Shown here in pieces: positions 37,809-51,121 of a DNA stretch of 64,000 nt. Every line of letters begins with the position of its first letter. Within the stretch, counting starts at the first letter, position 1. The notes below the pieces were generated by a model. That model did no database searches and was not told the origin of the DNA. It saw only the letters and a list, made by a program, of their open reading frames with translations. This stretch comes from Paraphysomonas bandaiensis (Eukaryota > Protista > Chrysophyceae). The position numbers and the translations under genes were made by a program. The DNA lies in the NCBI GenBank assembly GCA_965644295.1, contig CBFFRP010000357.1, positions 186,001-250,000 on the forward strand, written 5' to 3'.

Positions 37809-38601
37809 TACTCCCAGAGTCTTGTCATCCCGGCTGGGGCTTCAAGACATCAATGTATGATGTAGTCCTATAAAATTATATAATATAAAGTACATTCTGT
37901 ATTTATAATGTATGGGATATATCGCTTCAATTGTTGCATGCATTATCAATCCAATGATCACATCATGCACTGCACAATCATATAACAGAAGATGAATCTG
38001 TGGATTACTATGAATAATCTTATTATTACTCATTCTATCAGCAGTGCATATGTTAGCTCTTCGAAGCTTATCACATCAGGCATATGTGGCGTGCGAGATT
38101 CATTAGGTTGTTGTTAACCGAGATATGACTATAAGCTGCAACGCAATAGTAGACGACTCTATTCCTGCATCATGATCCTGAATGTGAATGGAACTGATCA
38201 TCAAAAATTATCGATTAGCTTCTTGTACTTTATCACTTAATTGCACGTATATCATAACAGTGTTTGTGAAATATGGAAACACTGCAGAGAACATTTGTCT
38301 GATTTTAATAAGAATTATTTTTAAGTTCAGATCATAGGCCAATTTCTTGTATTATGATAAATTACTTAAATATTTATCCAGAACCTGTGCAGACACTCAT
38401 TCCGTTTTGGGTTAACGAAGTATATAAGGAGGGCCTAACTAGCAATCCCTTGTGTACAACTACATCATTAGATTACTCTAACTCAATGACTGTGTTGATT
38501 AAATGCATCTTTTGGAGCAAATTCAGAATACTATATCCACAATCCACAGTAAGCTACAAATTATCGGATATATCTAGAGTTTATTATTACTATCGCCCTC
38601 A

Positions 38602-40197
38602 TTATTGGATATCCTCAGCGTCACCCCCACGTCCCTTCCCTCTAGCAAAAACTCCAGCCCCTTTCACCGCCTCTTCAATAACTACAGGGGTTTCACCCTC
38701 CGACGCTTCCATGCTTAGGGCATCATCGGCACTCATACCCCATTGTCTGTTTAGGTGTATCAGAGGAAAATAGTACAGAGTGCCGTTATACACTTCTTAC
38801 CTGAGGAGAGCATCACGATCCTTTCGTAGACATAGTTGAGGATAGCGAGATAGATCCTGTGCATACTCCAATGCTGCCGCCAGAGCTTGTCCCTGTGGAA
38901 CCACTCTATTAACCAATCCTATGTGCAGAGCTTCTTCCGACCCCACAGCTCGTCCTGCAGAGTAAATAAACTCATGATTACACACGAGATATATTATGCT
39001 CACCTGTAAGGACCATATCCATAGCCCTACATTAAGATTACAATATTAGATACAGTGATCGTCATATATAGTAATTTCATATAATGTAGTGTGTGGGGAT
39101 TACCTGGAGTGACCGATGAGTCTAGGCAGTCGAACTGTTCCCCCATCAACAAGAGGAACTCCCCATCTCCGGCAAAACACACCGAAAACAGAAGATGCAG
39201 AAGATATACGTATATCACACCATAGAGCTAGCTCCAGTCCTCCTGTAAGCACACATACGAAAGTTAGTTTTTTAACACAGCTACCTCTACCAGTAACACA
39301 TGCAAGGCAGCCACTGCAGTACATAATACACAATATATGAGTGTAGCATATCACAGTACGATAATATATAAGTGCACCTGCCACAGCGTGCCCCTCGACT
39401 GCTGCTATAACCGGTTTTGACAGCTGCATCCGCGTAGGTCCCATAGGCCCACTGCGCTCAAACGGCTTAGCCCTACTTTCGGATCGCGGGACGCCCCCAT
39501 GACCCTCAGGAGACGAAAGATATTTCAAGTCATAGCCTGAACAGAACGTTCCCCCTTCTCCTGTAAGGACTGCAGCATCCACAGAACTGTCGGTGTCGAT
39601 GTTCTCGAAAGCTTGGAGGAGCTCTGCAGCAGTTGTCTCGTCCACAGCATTTCGCTTGGACTCTCTATTAATAGTGACCACAACAACTCTGCCGATTCTT
39701 ACAACTTTAATCTGTGAATATTCAATAGGGGTCTCACCGCTGGGATACAATCTCCCATCAACACCAACAGTTTTTCCATCTTCTAGCGTGTATGGCTTAA
39801 GCTGAGGTTCCGGTAATATATCCAGAACTGTGTGAGACGGGCGACAGAGCTTAATATGCTGCTGAGTTACCACCACAGGCCTGTTGATTAGTATCGGATT
39901 TTCAGATACAGCAGCTAATAGATCATCATCAGTTATTTTTGGATCGTCTAATCCGAGTGATGTGTATAGAGCCTCTTTCTTTCTTAGTAAAGTGTGTATT
40001 CCAATACGAGAAACAATATTCTGCAACTCAGATATAGAAGGAGGATTTGTAAGATACTCAATAACACGTGGTTCCATGCCAGTGTTACGTATGAGACCTA
40101 ATACATTACGACTAGTGCTGCATTTGGGATTATGATACAAAGTAATCGCCTTTGTAGTAGTAAAGCTATTAGATATTAGCTTCGAAGCTCTATTCAT
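38602..40197 (-). CDS. ArsC-type arsenate reductase / enoyl-CoA hydratase fusion, multi-exon
   Basis: YHNPKCSTSR..LINRP..LCRP (ArsC) is in frame within one exon with crotonase motifs (VTINRESKRNAVD, FCSGYDL, GHAVAG|GLEL, CRRWGVPLVDGGTVRLPRLIG). Confidence 0.85.
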
Positions 40198-41251
40198 ATC
40201 AGGATACAAGATGATTCAATGAATAATGTAAATGAATTGCACGATACGGCTTCAATGTAGTGGTTAATGCAGCAGAGGTTATATATACACTCTCTCGTAT
40301 ATAGGCATCAATGGATGCATGTATGTATGTATGTATGTATGTTCCTATTGACGAAGTGGAAGAGTTGCCTTACAAAAGCATTTGTAATTTTGTCTGATGT
40401 ATTGTGTAATTTTGTCTGTCGTTGTGTGTAATTTTGTCGTTACTTTATTAATGTATACTATACATATAATGTTGTTTTTTAATAAATTTTGTGGTGAAAA
40501 TCAGTTTTTTACATTGAAAGTTTTACAAAAAATTCTGTTCAATATTCAACATGTTGATGCATGCTGGTGTATCAATACAAGTCTGTATCTATTCCATTAA
40601 GTGTCACCATATATAGCAACCCCTCGCATTAGCAATGCATTAGCTGATAATAGTTAGAAGCAATGATTTCATATATTTCAACAATATCATAGTAGAAATT
40701 AGTAATAACTCTTGTGGTTAATCATATGTGTATATTACTGAATCAGTTCCGTTGTTTGTGAGGGTGTTATTAGTGTATGTTGCATTGATAATACATACAT
40801 AAGAGAACATTATCTTTGTATTATTAACTGATGAAATCTATAGTTTAGAACAGTCAGTGTTCTAAAAACGAAGTTCATGCAAAGTACAGAACCAAACCTA
40901 TTCCCATGATTTTTTATATTTAAATCAAGCAGACTTGTGAAGGCCTCTTTTGTTAAGACTCCACGCAAGGACACTAGACATCGAATCTGATATGACATAC
41001 TTAGCCAACATTACTCCAATTAGATACGGTTTCGAGATAAGAGTTTAGTATATTCAATGGACAATGGACTAATTTAGCAAAGTAAAATCATAGTTTTATC
41101 AACGAATAATTGAAGTACTGAGTATTATTTTTATTCTTATTTCATTTCTTGGTCTTGACCTACTTATTTCCAAGGACTAGGCACATCAGTATCGCAATAT
41201 ATATATATGCCACCACTATACTATAGCAAGGAAACGAAGAGCCAACTACTG

Positions 41252-42591
41252 CTAATATATTCGTGGAGGGTTACTCATTTCTTCATGAATAAATTGAATA
41301 ACCATAACAGAAACATTGTCCTGACAGCCTTTCTCATAAACTGCATCTTCCACCAGCCCTTTACATATACTGTCTAGTGACCACCTGCGTGAAATATTAC
41401 GACAGCGTATGTGTACAGGATCACACAAATGCCAAAATACCAAGGCATACGTATGTCTCAAACGAAACGTACTTGTGTTCTACTCCATTACTCCAAGTTG
41501 TTCCAGCATAGAGACGATTCCGCACGAAAGACAACGCAGTGGCCGGTGAGTATCTAGCCCAGAGACCGTCACAAGCGAGCAGAAGAAATTCAGGATATGG
41601 GTTGTCTACGACGGAGCCGTTGTCGCCATTATCCTTAGGAGGGGGTACTATGCTGAATCTAATACGCAAGTCTGGTTCACTGGACACACCAAATCTGCAA
41701 GTCAAGAGCACAACCACGAATGAGCCCGGTAGATTCACGTTGTATGTCATCATGGAAGTCGTATTCATAGCATACGCTTCGCCCATACACATCACATAAA
41801 AAAATACTTCCTTACTTCTTCATATAACCATCCCCTAATGTCCTCGCCACACCAATTGAATGAGACATCCCATTTTTATCGCTCGGCCCATACACTCTTC
41901 CAGCCTCCACTCGGCCACCGGCTGCTACCACTCTGGTTCGTTCATCCGGTACATCAGGATCATGATCAACAGTAAGTGGTACGCACTCAGCTGCAGGTGG
42001 GGGTGATATCTCACCACGTGTCCACGGGAATGAGTGAACTGACAATCGGTTACGTACAGATGAGCCAGACACATCCTCAGTGCCGATCACATCTTTAGTT
42101 CGCATATCCTCATCAGTGGCACTAGATTTCAATCGACGACAGAGAACTGCCTTGGAGTCCCCCAAATTCGCAATGTACGTTACATCATTCACGATCAAAG
42201 CAAGAACTACACAACAACCCTGATGGGTACCATGACTGGACTGCAAAACGGCTTCTTCCGTCTCTTTAAAGGCAATTTCTAATGCACGTAACACATATTT
42301 GCTAGTTGTTTTAAATTTTCCATTTTTTTGCATATTTTGAATGATTTTATCCGGCAGCAGTTGACTGGCCTGTTTCGCTACCTCTGCCCCTCCATGTCCA
42401 TCAAGAATTCCATAGATAGCTAGCCTACAGGCGGGAGGTACTGTCGGATACATATGTTTTATATCCATATCAGAGAGATTAATATGAGCGTCCTCCATAG
42501 CACTCCTGCGGCCTATGTGTCCACTGCATCCCGTGTGGAGGGTGGGAGAGAGAGGGCTGGGAGTGGGAGAGGTGTTTAGTTTTCGTTTCAT
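41252..42591 (-). CDS. Protein phosphatase 2C, multi-exon
   Basis: GRRSAMEDAH, ILDGHGG, ANLGDSKAV, DHDP, VARTLGD, LACDGLW, QDNVSV. Confidence 0.92.
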
Positions 42592-43008
42592 AGTGTGAAT
42601 GAGCTCATATATGCTTCTATGTCTATATGTATGTAAACTATGCTGCATGGTAGCTACATACATACATAGTACATAGTAGTACATACTGGTGTACAAGTAA
42701 CCAATGTACTGCTCTACATCTCTGTATGTACATTTAGAGCAGCATAGTACACACAGCAGTACTATATGCCACTCTACTTCTAGAATTTTTTGCATAGGTA
42801 CTCCATAAGTGTCATGTATTCTTGTTATACTGTTATATACAGCACAGTCCACATATAGTAGATGTATCCTGCTGTAGTCCAAGAATACACGGTGTGTATA
42901 CAATCACTGTTACTTTAACAGCAGTCTGCACTGTAGCATATGGTTGCAACTCCAAGCTATTCGATATCATTCATATCATCTCAACAGTGACTTGAGAGTG
43001 TGTTTGCA

Positions 43009-44243
43009 ATGGATTACAGAAAGAAGCTTGTGGAGATTATTGCCAGAGACTTTACGCGAGGATCATTCTCTGAAGTTTTGGGTGCTAATGCCGCATATTT
43101 GCAATCCGCAACTTTGTGCCCCACACAATCGCTGACTGTAAAATATGTAGTTCCTACTGGGTTATGCAGAATATCTGCGAGAAATTCGATACCTGTTTTA
43201 TCGACTGGTGCAACTTTAGCATTATTTGATGATATCTCAACTTATGGGTCCATTCTAACGGACAAGAATTCTCGGCCTGGTGTTTCAGTGTTACTAGCTG
43301 CTGAAAATTTGATTGAATGTGAGGCTGGAAGTGAAGTAAATATTGTTTCCAACACTGTTAAGCTCGGCAAAACTCTTGGTTTTTGTGATATAAAAATGGT
43401 AGATGCCGATAACCGGCTGCTTGCACGGGGTCGACACATTAAGTACCTGGATATGGGAAGCTTCTGGAACTTTATTTCTCATCCATCCAGAATGTCCGCA
43501 GTATTAAAATGTTATGATATGTTTGGACATTACCTTCGTGATACAAAGTTTGGAAACAGAATTGTACATAAGCTAGTTGGCGGGGTAAACAGCCAAGAAG
43601 ATGTCGGCATGGTATCTGCGAATAGTGAGGCCGGATGTGTGATCAATGCTTTAGACATGCATGACATTACAGATAATAGCTTAAATCAGTCGGAAGTTGA
43701 GACAAAGCAGCGACCGATTAAGTTAAATTCGAGAAAATGGCAAAACAATAGCATGGGGAAAATTCATGGTGGTGCAATAGCCCTGGCCGCAGAGCAGGCT
43801 GAGGTTATGAGACGTCAAGGTCATACAAACTTCATTATGTACTGTTATATTCATATATTTTAGTTCACGCTGACAATGCTATATCGTACATATATATTTT
43901 CTAAATATGTGTGTACTTGCTTGATTTATTTTTATATTAACCACACTGCGTAGACTTGTATGACAGCGGCGGCAGAGTGACATCGATGGAGGTGACATAT
44001 CTATCGCCATTGAAGGTGGGTGATGTGCAGATAGTAGTGCGCAATTCAACACTTCTCATCGGAATTAATGTATGCGTGATATTATAGGGAGGAGAGGTGA
44101 CGTTTGATGCCGATTCGTCATTATTATCGAGCGCAGCGATTCCTAGTTTTAACAAAACTGGTGGGCGAGTTTACGCTAAAGATCGAGGAGCCAAACCGCA
44201 TCTATGTGCTCAATACACATGTGGATGGCGATATATAGAGTAA
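43009..44243 (+). CDS. Double hotdog-fold acyl-CoA thioesterase (ACOT13/PaaI-like)
   Basis: GATLALFD, PGVSV, KLGKTLGF, LARGRHIKY; second domain NSMGKIHGGAI; introns near 43820-43950 and 44030-44086. Confidence 0.75.
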
Positions 44244-45162
44244 AAAATGCGTGAATGACCATAATATTACAATGTAACAGATATCTCGTGGTCTAGTAGT
44301 TGTTAAATATTTTGCTGTATGTAGCCCACATGATGACTTCGACATAAAATACTAATTGCACTTCATTCAACTTCTTGTAAATCGATACATTGTCTTTATT
44401 AAATAACTAATTTACTGTTTGACTTGTATTATAGCTTCGACATGCTACACACTACACGTTGAGGATGTATTCTAAATTCTTAATAAATAATAATTACGAA
44501 GGTATAGTGTATAGCGCTTCGAATTAAAACTAAAGATGTGATTTTCCAGCAAACACGAAATAGGGAGGGGCGTTATGGGAGAGATATGACCCGGGAATCA
44601 GTCTTCTTTCCGTAGACCCCTTGTTCTCCCAAAATTTCTCTGTTCTAAATTCTAAACAGTCATAAATATTACGGGCTAATTGATAACACCTAAATCATAG
44701 AAACCACTAAATCGCATATTAATTTGCTAGGTTTTTGACTAGATTTCTTATCCGCTATTTCATCTTAAATATTGTTAAACCAAAAATAGCTTCCACGAGG
44801 TTGAATAAAACCCCTTTTAGGCAAAATAAATTACGCATAAATATGTATGTTAGCGGAACGTTATTTTCTAAATCAACCTAGTGTATGTATGTGTGTATGG
44901 AAAGACAGCTTGAGTCGTGTTTGCCGTGCTCACACCGGCTTCTACGTAAAAGTACCCACTATCATACTTCGACAACAAAGTAGATACTGGTCGAAGACAT
45001 AAGTTGGTACTAGAGAAGAGAGAGTATCACACTAATATTGCCTACTAAAAATTAAGGAGTATCTTTCGTTACTATGAGTTACTTATTTCATTCAACTTCT
45101 CACTTCTGTTAGTTGATTCTCTCCTCAAAAACACACTACGCAGTCGATGTTTTAAACGTTTC

Positions 45163-45677
45163 TTAAAAGGAAACAAACGCAGCACCAAGACTGATACCTA
45201 GTGACAAACCTCCAATGATAAGGCTGGTAGCTTGGACTTTCTCATTGGTTAGCTCATCGGGCATATGGTCCCATACAGTGTGGCGGACAGCAGCGATGTA
45301 GTGATAGGAGATAGGAAAAGCAACCATAAACTTTGCGAGGGCTCCAACATCAGAACTTCCAATCGAAGACATGATAACAGGTACATCCGCACCAGTTAAA
45401 GCCATCGCAGCAGCTCCAGTGAACCCCGCGGCCATCCCCACACCAGTGATACGATTAGTAATTGAAGAGATTGCAACAATAGGGAAAGAGTATATCATAA
45501 CATGAGGAGATACAGGACGGCCTATATCTCTAATCAACTCTATATATAAGATTATAAGGGGTTACCTGTCTTCTCTTGTTTCTCAGTGTAGGTCGCCATT
45601 GAACGAACAGAGTGCTTTGTAACCAATCCATTCATAGAAAGGTTTAATCTGTTAATTCTTCCACAAGATCGGATCAT
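45163..45677 (-). CDS. SDH3: Succinate dehydrogenase cytochrome b560 subunit
   Basis: Mitochondrial presequence; G|RPVSPHVMIY, SSITNRITG, HYIAAVRHTVWD; one short intron. Confidence 0.92.
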
Positions 45678-45861
45678 ATTTATTTATTAATTCAATTCAA
45701 AATATTATAATTTGTATTGAGTAGTTTATTAGAGATACTTGGAGGTCATTTAATGGCGTGCATTCCATAGTCACAGTCTGATGTATATGCATACACACAC
45801 ACACACAAGACACACAAACATATACACAAGCATCACGCACAGACTGCAACAAAAAAAACAG

Positions 45862-46065
45862 GTATGTAGGTAGGTAGGTACGTAGGTAGGTATGTACGTA
45901 TGTACGTATGTATGTATGTATGTATGTATGTATGTATGTATGTATGTATGTATGTATGTATGTATGTATGTATGTATGTATGTATGTATGTACGTAGGTA
46001 GGTAGGTAGGTAGGTATGTATGTATGTATGTATGTATGTATGTATGTATGTATGTATGTATGTAC

Positions 46066-46096
<31 letters not shown>

Positions 46097-46125
46097 TGTA
46101 TGTATGTATGTATGTATGTATGTAC

Positions 46126-46156
<31 letters not shown>

Positions 46157-46460
46157 TGTATGTATGTATGTATGTATGTATGTATGTATGTATGTATGTA
46201 TGTATGTATGTATGTATGTATGTATGTATGTATGTATGTATGTATGTATGTATGTATGTATGTATGTATGTATGTATGTATGTATGTATGTATGTATGTA
46301 TGTATGTATGTATGTATGTATGTATGTATGTATGTATGTATGTATGTATGTATGTATGTATGTATGTATGTATGTATGTATGTATGTATGTATGTATGTA
46401 TGTATGTATGTATGTATGTATGTATGTATGTATGTATGTGTGTATGTATGTATGTGTGTA
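45862..46460. repeat. (TATG)n microsatellite with TAGG/TACG variants
   Basis: About 600 bp between divergent genes. Confidence 0.95.
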
Positions 46461-46510
46461 TGATAGTGTAGACATGCATCATTATCCTCCTCATCATAAC
46501 GGTGAATCTA

Positions 46511-47611
46511 ATGCCAGAAGAAGACCCCACTCATCAGATGGACAAACCATTGTCCCTAACCGGTCCATCTCTTCAACAAACTCTTCTATCAGAATCATCT
46601 GATATATTATTTTATCTTAATTTGTTTGGATCTTATCGTCCATCTCGTCACGACTATTCTCTGCCTGTATTATTATGGCACTATTTTATTAGTTTTTCTT
46701 TTTTATGTTATACATTATTCTTTTTAGTTGTCGGTATTCTCGCTGTATATTATGATACAGCAGAGTATTGGTGGGTACTTCAATTTATATCACTCTTAAA
46801 GTGTATCGCTTTACGTATTGCAATAATTACAATTAGAAAACATTTTCAATCAGAGGTTGATTCTGTTTTTATTGAAGAACTTCATACATCAATGAATTCT
46901 TCGAAGTTATACTTCTTTGTGACTGAATTTGCTAATATTTTCGCTTTAAGTTTTTATGTCGCTTTTTATCCGGATCCGATTGCGGTTACTTTCTATTTAG
47001 GGTCATACGCATTTACAGGGTATATGGCAACTGTTGTGTTAGTTACTATTGCAGATGCGCGTCATGCTCAAAGACTCACCCAGTCTTTAATTGCATCCGC
47101 TTCCGATGGTACGCTCAGCCCATCTGTGTATACACGTACACAAGCACGGATCGAAAGTATCGCAGAGAAATCATTTTGGATTCATGGCTTATTGTTAATT
47201 GGAATGCTGTGTGATGCATTGTGTATCATCATTGTAGCATTTCAATACAATGGTGCTATTGATAATCATAGTGTCAGCTATGCCGTTGCGTTTGTTCTTT
47301 TCGTTGTGGTATTGATCTGTGTTCCAGATGCCATGTTTCTTGGATTCATATGCCCAGAAATTTTACAAGTTAACATCCTTGCGACTCAATTGCATCGAAC
47401 ACTGGCATCGGCAAAGTGGCCAGCTATGTCCAGTAAAGAAATAAATAGGCATGATACTCTCCAGGTTTTGCTGGCGTTTCCGATACAATTTAAGACTGCT
47501 GGTGTACATTTAACAAAATCAGAACTAAGAAATAGAGGAATGGGAATTGCTCTCGCTATAAGTTTGTCTATAGTTAGAGTAATTGTAACCCTTGCTATAA
47601 GTGATGGTTAG
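46511..47611 (+). CDS. Multi-pass (~7 TM) membrane protein, possibly gustatory-receptor-like / 7TM ion channel superfamily
   Basis: Intronless; multiple hydrophobic segments; C-terminal FPIQFKTAGVHLT precedes the last TM. Confidence 0.6.
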   Translation: MPEEDPTHQMDKPLSLTGPSLQQTLLSESSDILFYLNLFGSYRPSRHDYSLPVLLWHYFISFSFLCYTLFFLVVGILAVYYDTAEYWWVLQFISLLKCIALRIAIITIRKHFQSEVDSVFIEELHTSMNSSKLYFFVTEFANIFALSFYVAFYPDPIAVTFYLGSYAFTGYMATVVLVTIADARHAQRLTQSLIASASDGTLSPSVYTRTQARIESIAEKSFWIHGLLLIGMLCDALCIIIVAFQYNGAIDNHSVSYAVAFVLFVVVLICVPDAMFLGFICPEILQVNILATQLHRTLASAKWPAMSSKEINRHDTLQVLLAFPIQFKTAGVHLTKSELRNRGMGIALAISLSIVRVIVTLAISDG

Positions 47612-48240
47612 TGAATTTATTAGTGTAACTTCTAATGTCATGTATCATGAATCTAAAAGACCAAAAACTCTTATGGCTGACTCTAGCATGTGATTCTAGA
47701 TACTAGTATCTAGTATGTCTTATCCTGTAGCTTTATGTCCATAGATTTTACCCACGGTGCTAATCTGAAATTCATAGGTTAAAATGGCATAATAATTTCA
47801 CCTCCCCTTGGTTCCGGTTTCCTACAGCTACTCCATAGGTTTAAATTTGTCCACAATAACAATAATGGCAATCTAACTGCGGAACTAAGCTTCAAGAAGC
47901 TGAGTCATATCGTTAACTCATAATTCCTACCTACAATTGCAATGTATTGTTCCCTTGCGATGATGACCTCCAACGTGTTGTACACTTGTACGCGAAGTAC
48001 TATAACGATAGGACTAAGAGGAAAATACGTGAAATGCAACTGTATTATCGGATAATATGACAGTGTTGTTTCATTTCAAGCATAAATTCTGCATAAGCAC
48101 CACAAAAAACACTAAAGTGATTATATGTTAGATAACAAGGTGGCTAGTTATTACACATGTACGAGACACTATAATGCTGTAAATCATATTTATTATCATT
48201 CCATTCAAGAATGATCACTGTACGTACAGACAGCTAAATA

Positions 48241-50160
48241 TTATTGCCAGGTAATGACGTGTGTTACACCAACCGCAGGCTTCTTCGTCTTCGCCTCAAT
48301 TCCAATCACATGATTGCCGGGCGGAAAGTCTTTCAACTCCACGCAATCGGTATTTCTGAAAAATTCTATAGCTGTCCATACTTTCCTCTCACTGCTTGGC
48401 TGGTACTCGACTATATTCTTCGCATCCACATTCAAGTCGACACGAAATTCCATTTCTTTCACAGCATCTTTCATTTTGTACGCGCACACAGTGGCAACAT
48501 TCCGGTCACTTGGAATTGTGACCTTAAAATATATCTCTCCCGCTTCTGGGCCGCTTGAAGTATATGCTGCTCGGGTTTCGTAATCACTTCGCGGCCGTTT
48601 TTGTTTGACTGACATAGTGGGCGTCGGCCCATTATTTAATATCCACTTCGTCGAGCCAACAACAAGACTCTGAAGCGTCTGGTTTGTATAATGGGGAGCA
48701 TACTCAGTGTAGCAGTAAGCGCGGTGAGTGCAAGCAACAGGATCCTTCTGACAGGTCTTAGGAGCAGGAAGCTCCCCATTATTTTGCAGAGTATTAAGGG
48801 ATGCAGTATATTCTAGAAAAATGGGAAATGATGTGATATTACAAAATATATATATGCACTTACTCTCTCTAAGTGTATTGACGGTCGAACCCCCTTTCAG
48901 ATCTCCTTGGACCATATACAGTGCGTCCAACAACGGAAGGCCATATAGCCACACCAGTAGCTCTCCACGGAGCATGTGTATCGACGCGGTGGGATGATGT
49001 TTGGCTCCTCCACCAAGGCCAAACCTTTGAATAAGCAATAAGATTTAATCAGTGACTGATATTGATACTAACTTCGCTCCTTCTTTGCGCAAAAACTTGA
49101 TTGCACACTTCGAATAAATAGCAGTTACAGCACACTCTTTGGAAAACAACTGTGGATTAAAACTACATATAGACTTTGGGTAGTTGGTCCAAATGTGCAT
49201 GCCAGATATTGAGACGCTTTTATAGAGATTCTGCAAAGGTCTGCAGAAATACATAATAATGAAAACGACCACAACACATTTCATAAATTAATTATATACA
49301 ATGTGCCACATGCCTATATAATGTTTCTGATAACATTTATTATCATATATATACAATGTCAATGCACATACCCAGCGCCAGAAGGAGTCAATGCATGCAT
49401 ATCGACCATCTGTTTCTTTAGGCTCTGTATCTCCGCTGCACTGGGCGCAAATGGTTCCAGTCCCACCACACTAGGTGTCCAATCCTCAGAGGAGTAGGGT
49501 ATAGAATATTCCGACATATTGCAAGCGGAGGGTACCCATGACCCTGACGACGGTTGATAGAATGAGGCTCTGTTTACACCTGCAAGGTATGCTACGGTTT
49601 CAGCGAACGATGGGTCTCGACCACAATTGAAAGACTGTTCCCTGTATACATATAACAATCAGACGTGAGTCGTAAATATACGCTGTATAACGTGCATATA
49701 AAACTATACATGCATGTAAACAAATCCAAATAGCAGCAGCTCATTAATTAAATATACTATAATCTGTTCTCTACGTACCACCCAAAAAAATCTCCATCAT
49801 ACCCTCCCATGGATTCATAGCACAGATTCGACGGCATGCAGTCGTTAGCACCCTGTGCAATATTACGAACCTCAAACTCAACACCCAATTTCTCGAATGT
49901 GGATCGGAGACGTTTTTCAAACACGAGTGGATAACTTTGATTGTATAAGTTATCGTGGCCTGCTGTAACGGAGGAACCTCCAAAAATCATCTTATACTTG
50001 GACCCTGGTGTCAGAATCTTGGTTGCAAACTTGTATTTCAATATATCCCAATCTGACCTGTAAAAGAGGTTAGTGGACAAGTTACTCATTCAATCATAAT
50101 CTCAACTTACTCCCTCATATTAGCTTGCATTAGAAGGAATAGCCGCCCGACATCCGTATT
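48241..50160 (-). CDS. SGNH/GDSL hydrolase-like protein, multi-exon (start not resolved)
   Basis: IFGGSSVTAGHD, RNIAQGAN, HHPTASIH blocks. Confidence 0.7.
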
Positions 50161-51121
50161 ATACTGAAAGATCCACATAAGATGATACATAAAACATGAT
50201 ATATATAAGACTGAGCATATATCAAGTCCACAGTATGTGTGTATGTACCTCATATCTGTGATAGATGAGACTGAGAGGCTCTCGTATGGATACAATCGCA
50301 GCCTCTAACTTACTACTTAACTGTTATATAAATCTATTAGAATACTCATATATATATATATAAACACATTACACTCTCATCTGCTGCTCTTCTTTGATGA
50401 TATGACTGTGTATTCTTATATAATCGAGCCTCTGTTATTGCCATAGCAGCTATACAGCATATATATATAGAGAGAGAGGGAATATACATACTCCTCCTGT
50501 ATTAAGATAGATGAATAGATTGTATTTGATTGATGGATGGTTCTTTTTATGTATTGAAGGTAAAGAGGATGGTTTTGATAGTGTGATGGATGGGTATGGA
50601 GATCAGGGCATTGCAATGGAGCTCATGGTTATATATATATGTATGTATGTGTATGGGTATATGTGTATGTGTATATATATGCACCTGTATGTTGTACAAG
50701 GACACCTCTAGGAATAGTACGTACTGTTGTACATATATGTGTACTCTGGTACTGCTGTAAAAGTACACCACAAGAGAATAGTACGTATATGCATAGAGAG
50801 ACTGCTGTACATGTGTACTACTGCTGTACATGTGTACTACTGCTGTACAAGTATACGAAGTAGAGTATAGTATCTAGTGTATCCTGTATTTCATGGAATA
50901 CATAGTGTCTATCTATCACTCATTTACATACATACATACTCATATACACACACACTCCTCTATATACACACACTCCTCTATACACACACACTTCTCTATA
51001 CACACACACTCCTCCATATACCCCCATATCTCACCATCTTAACTCAATCATCTCATATCACAACCAAATTCTCCTATTAAAAACCAATGAAACAATCTTA
51101 TTTATTCATTTAATACAATCG

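Noticed and set aside
45697-46602. Long MYVC/YIHT-repeat ORFs here and at about 14, 17.5, 22, 27.4, 29.3 and 55.8 kb
   Set aside because: Translation artefacts of the stop-free (TACA)n microsatellite.
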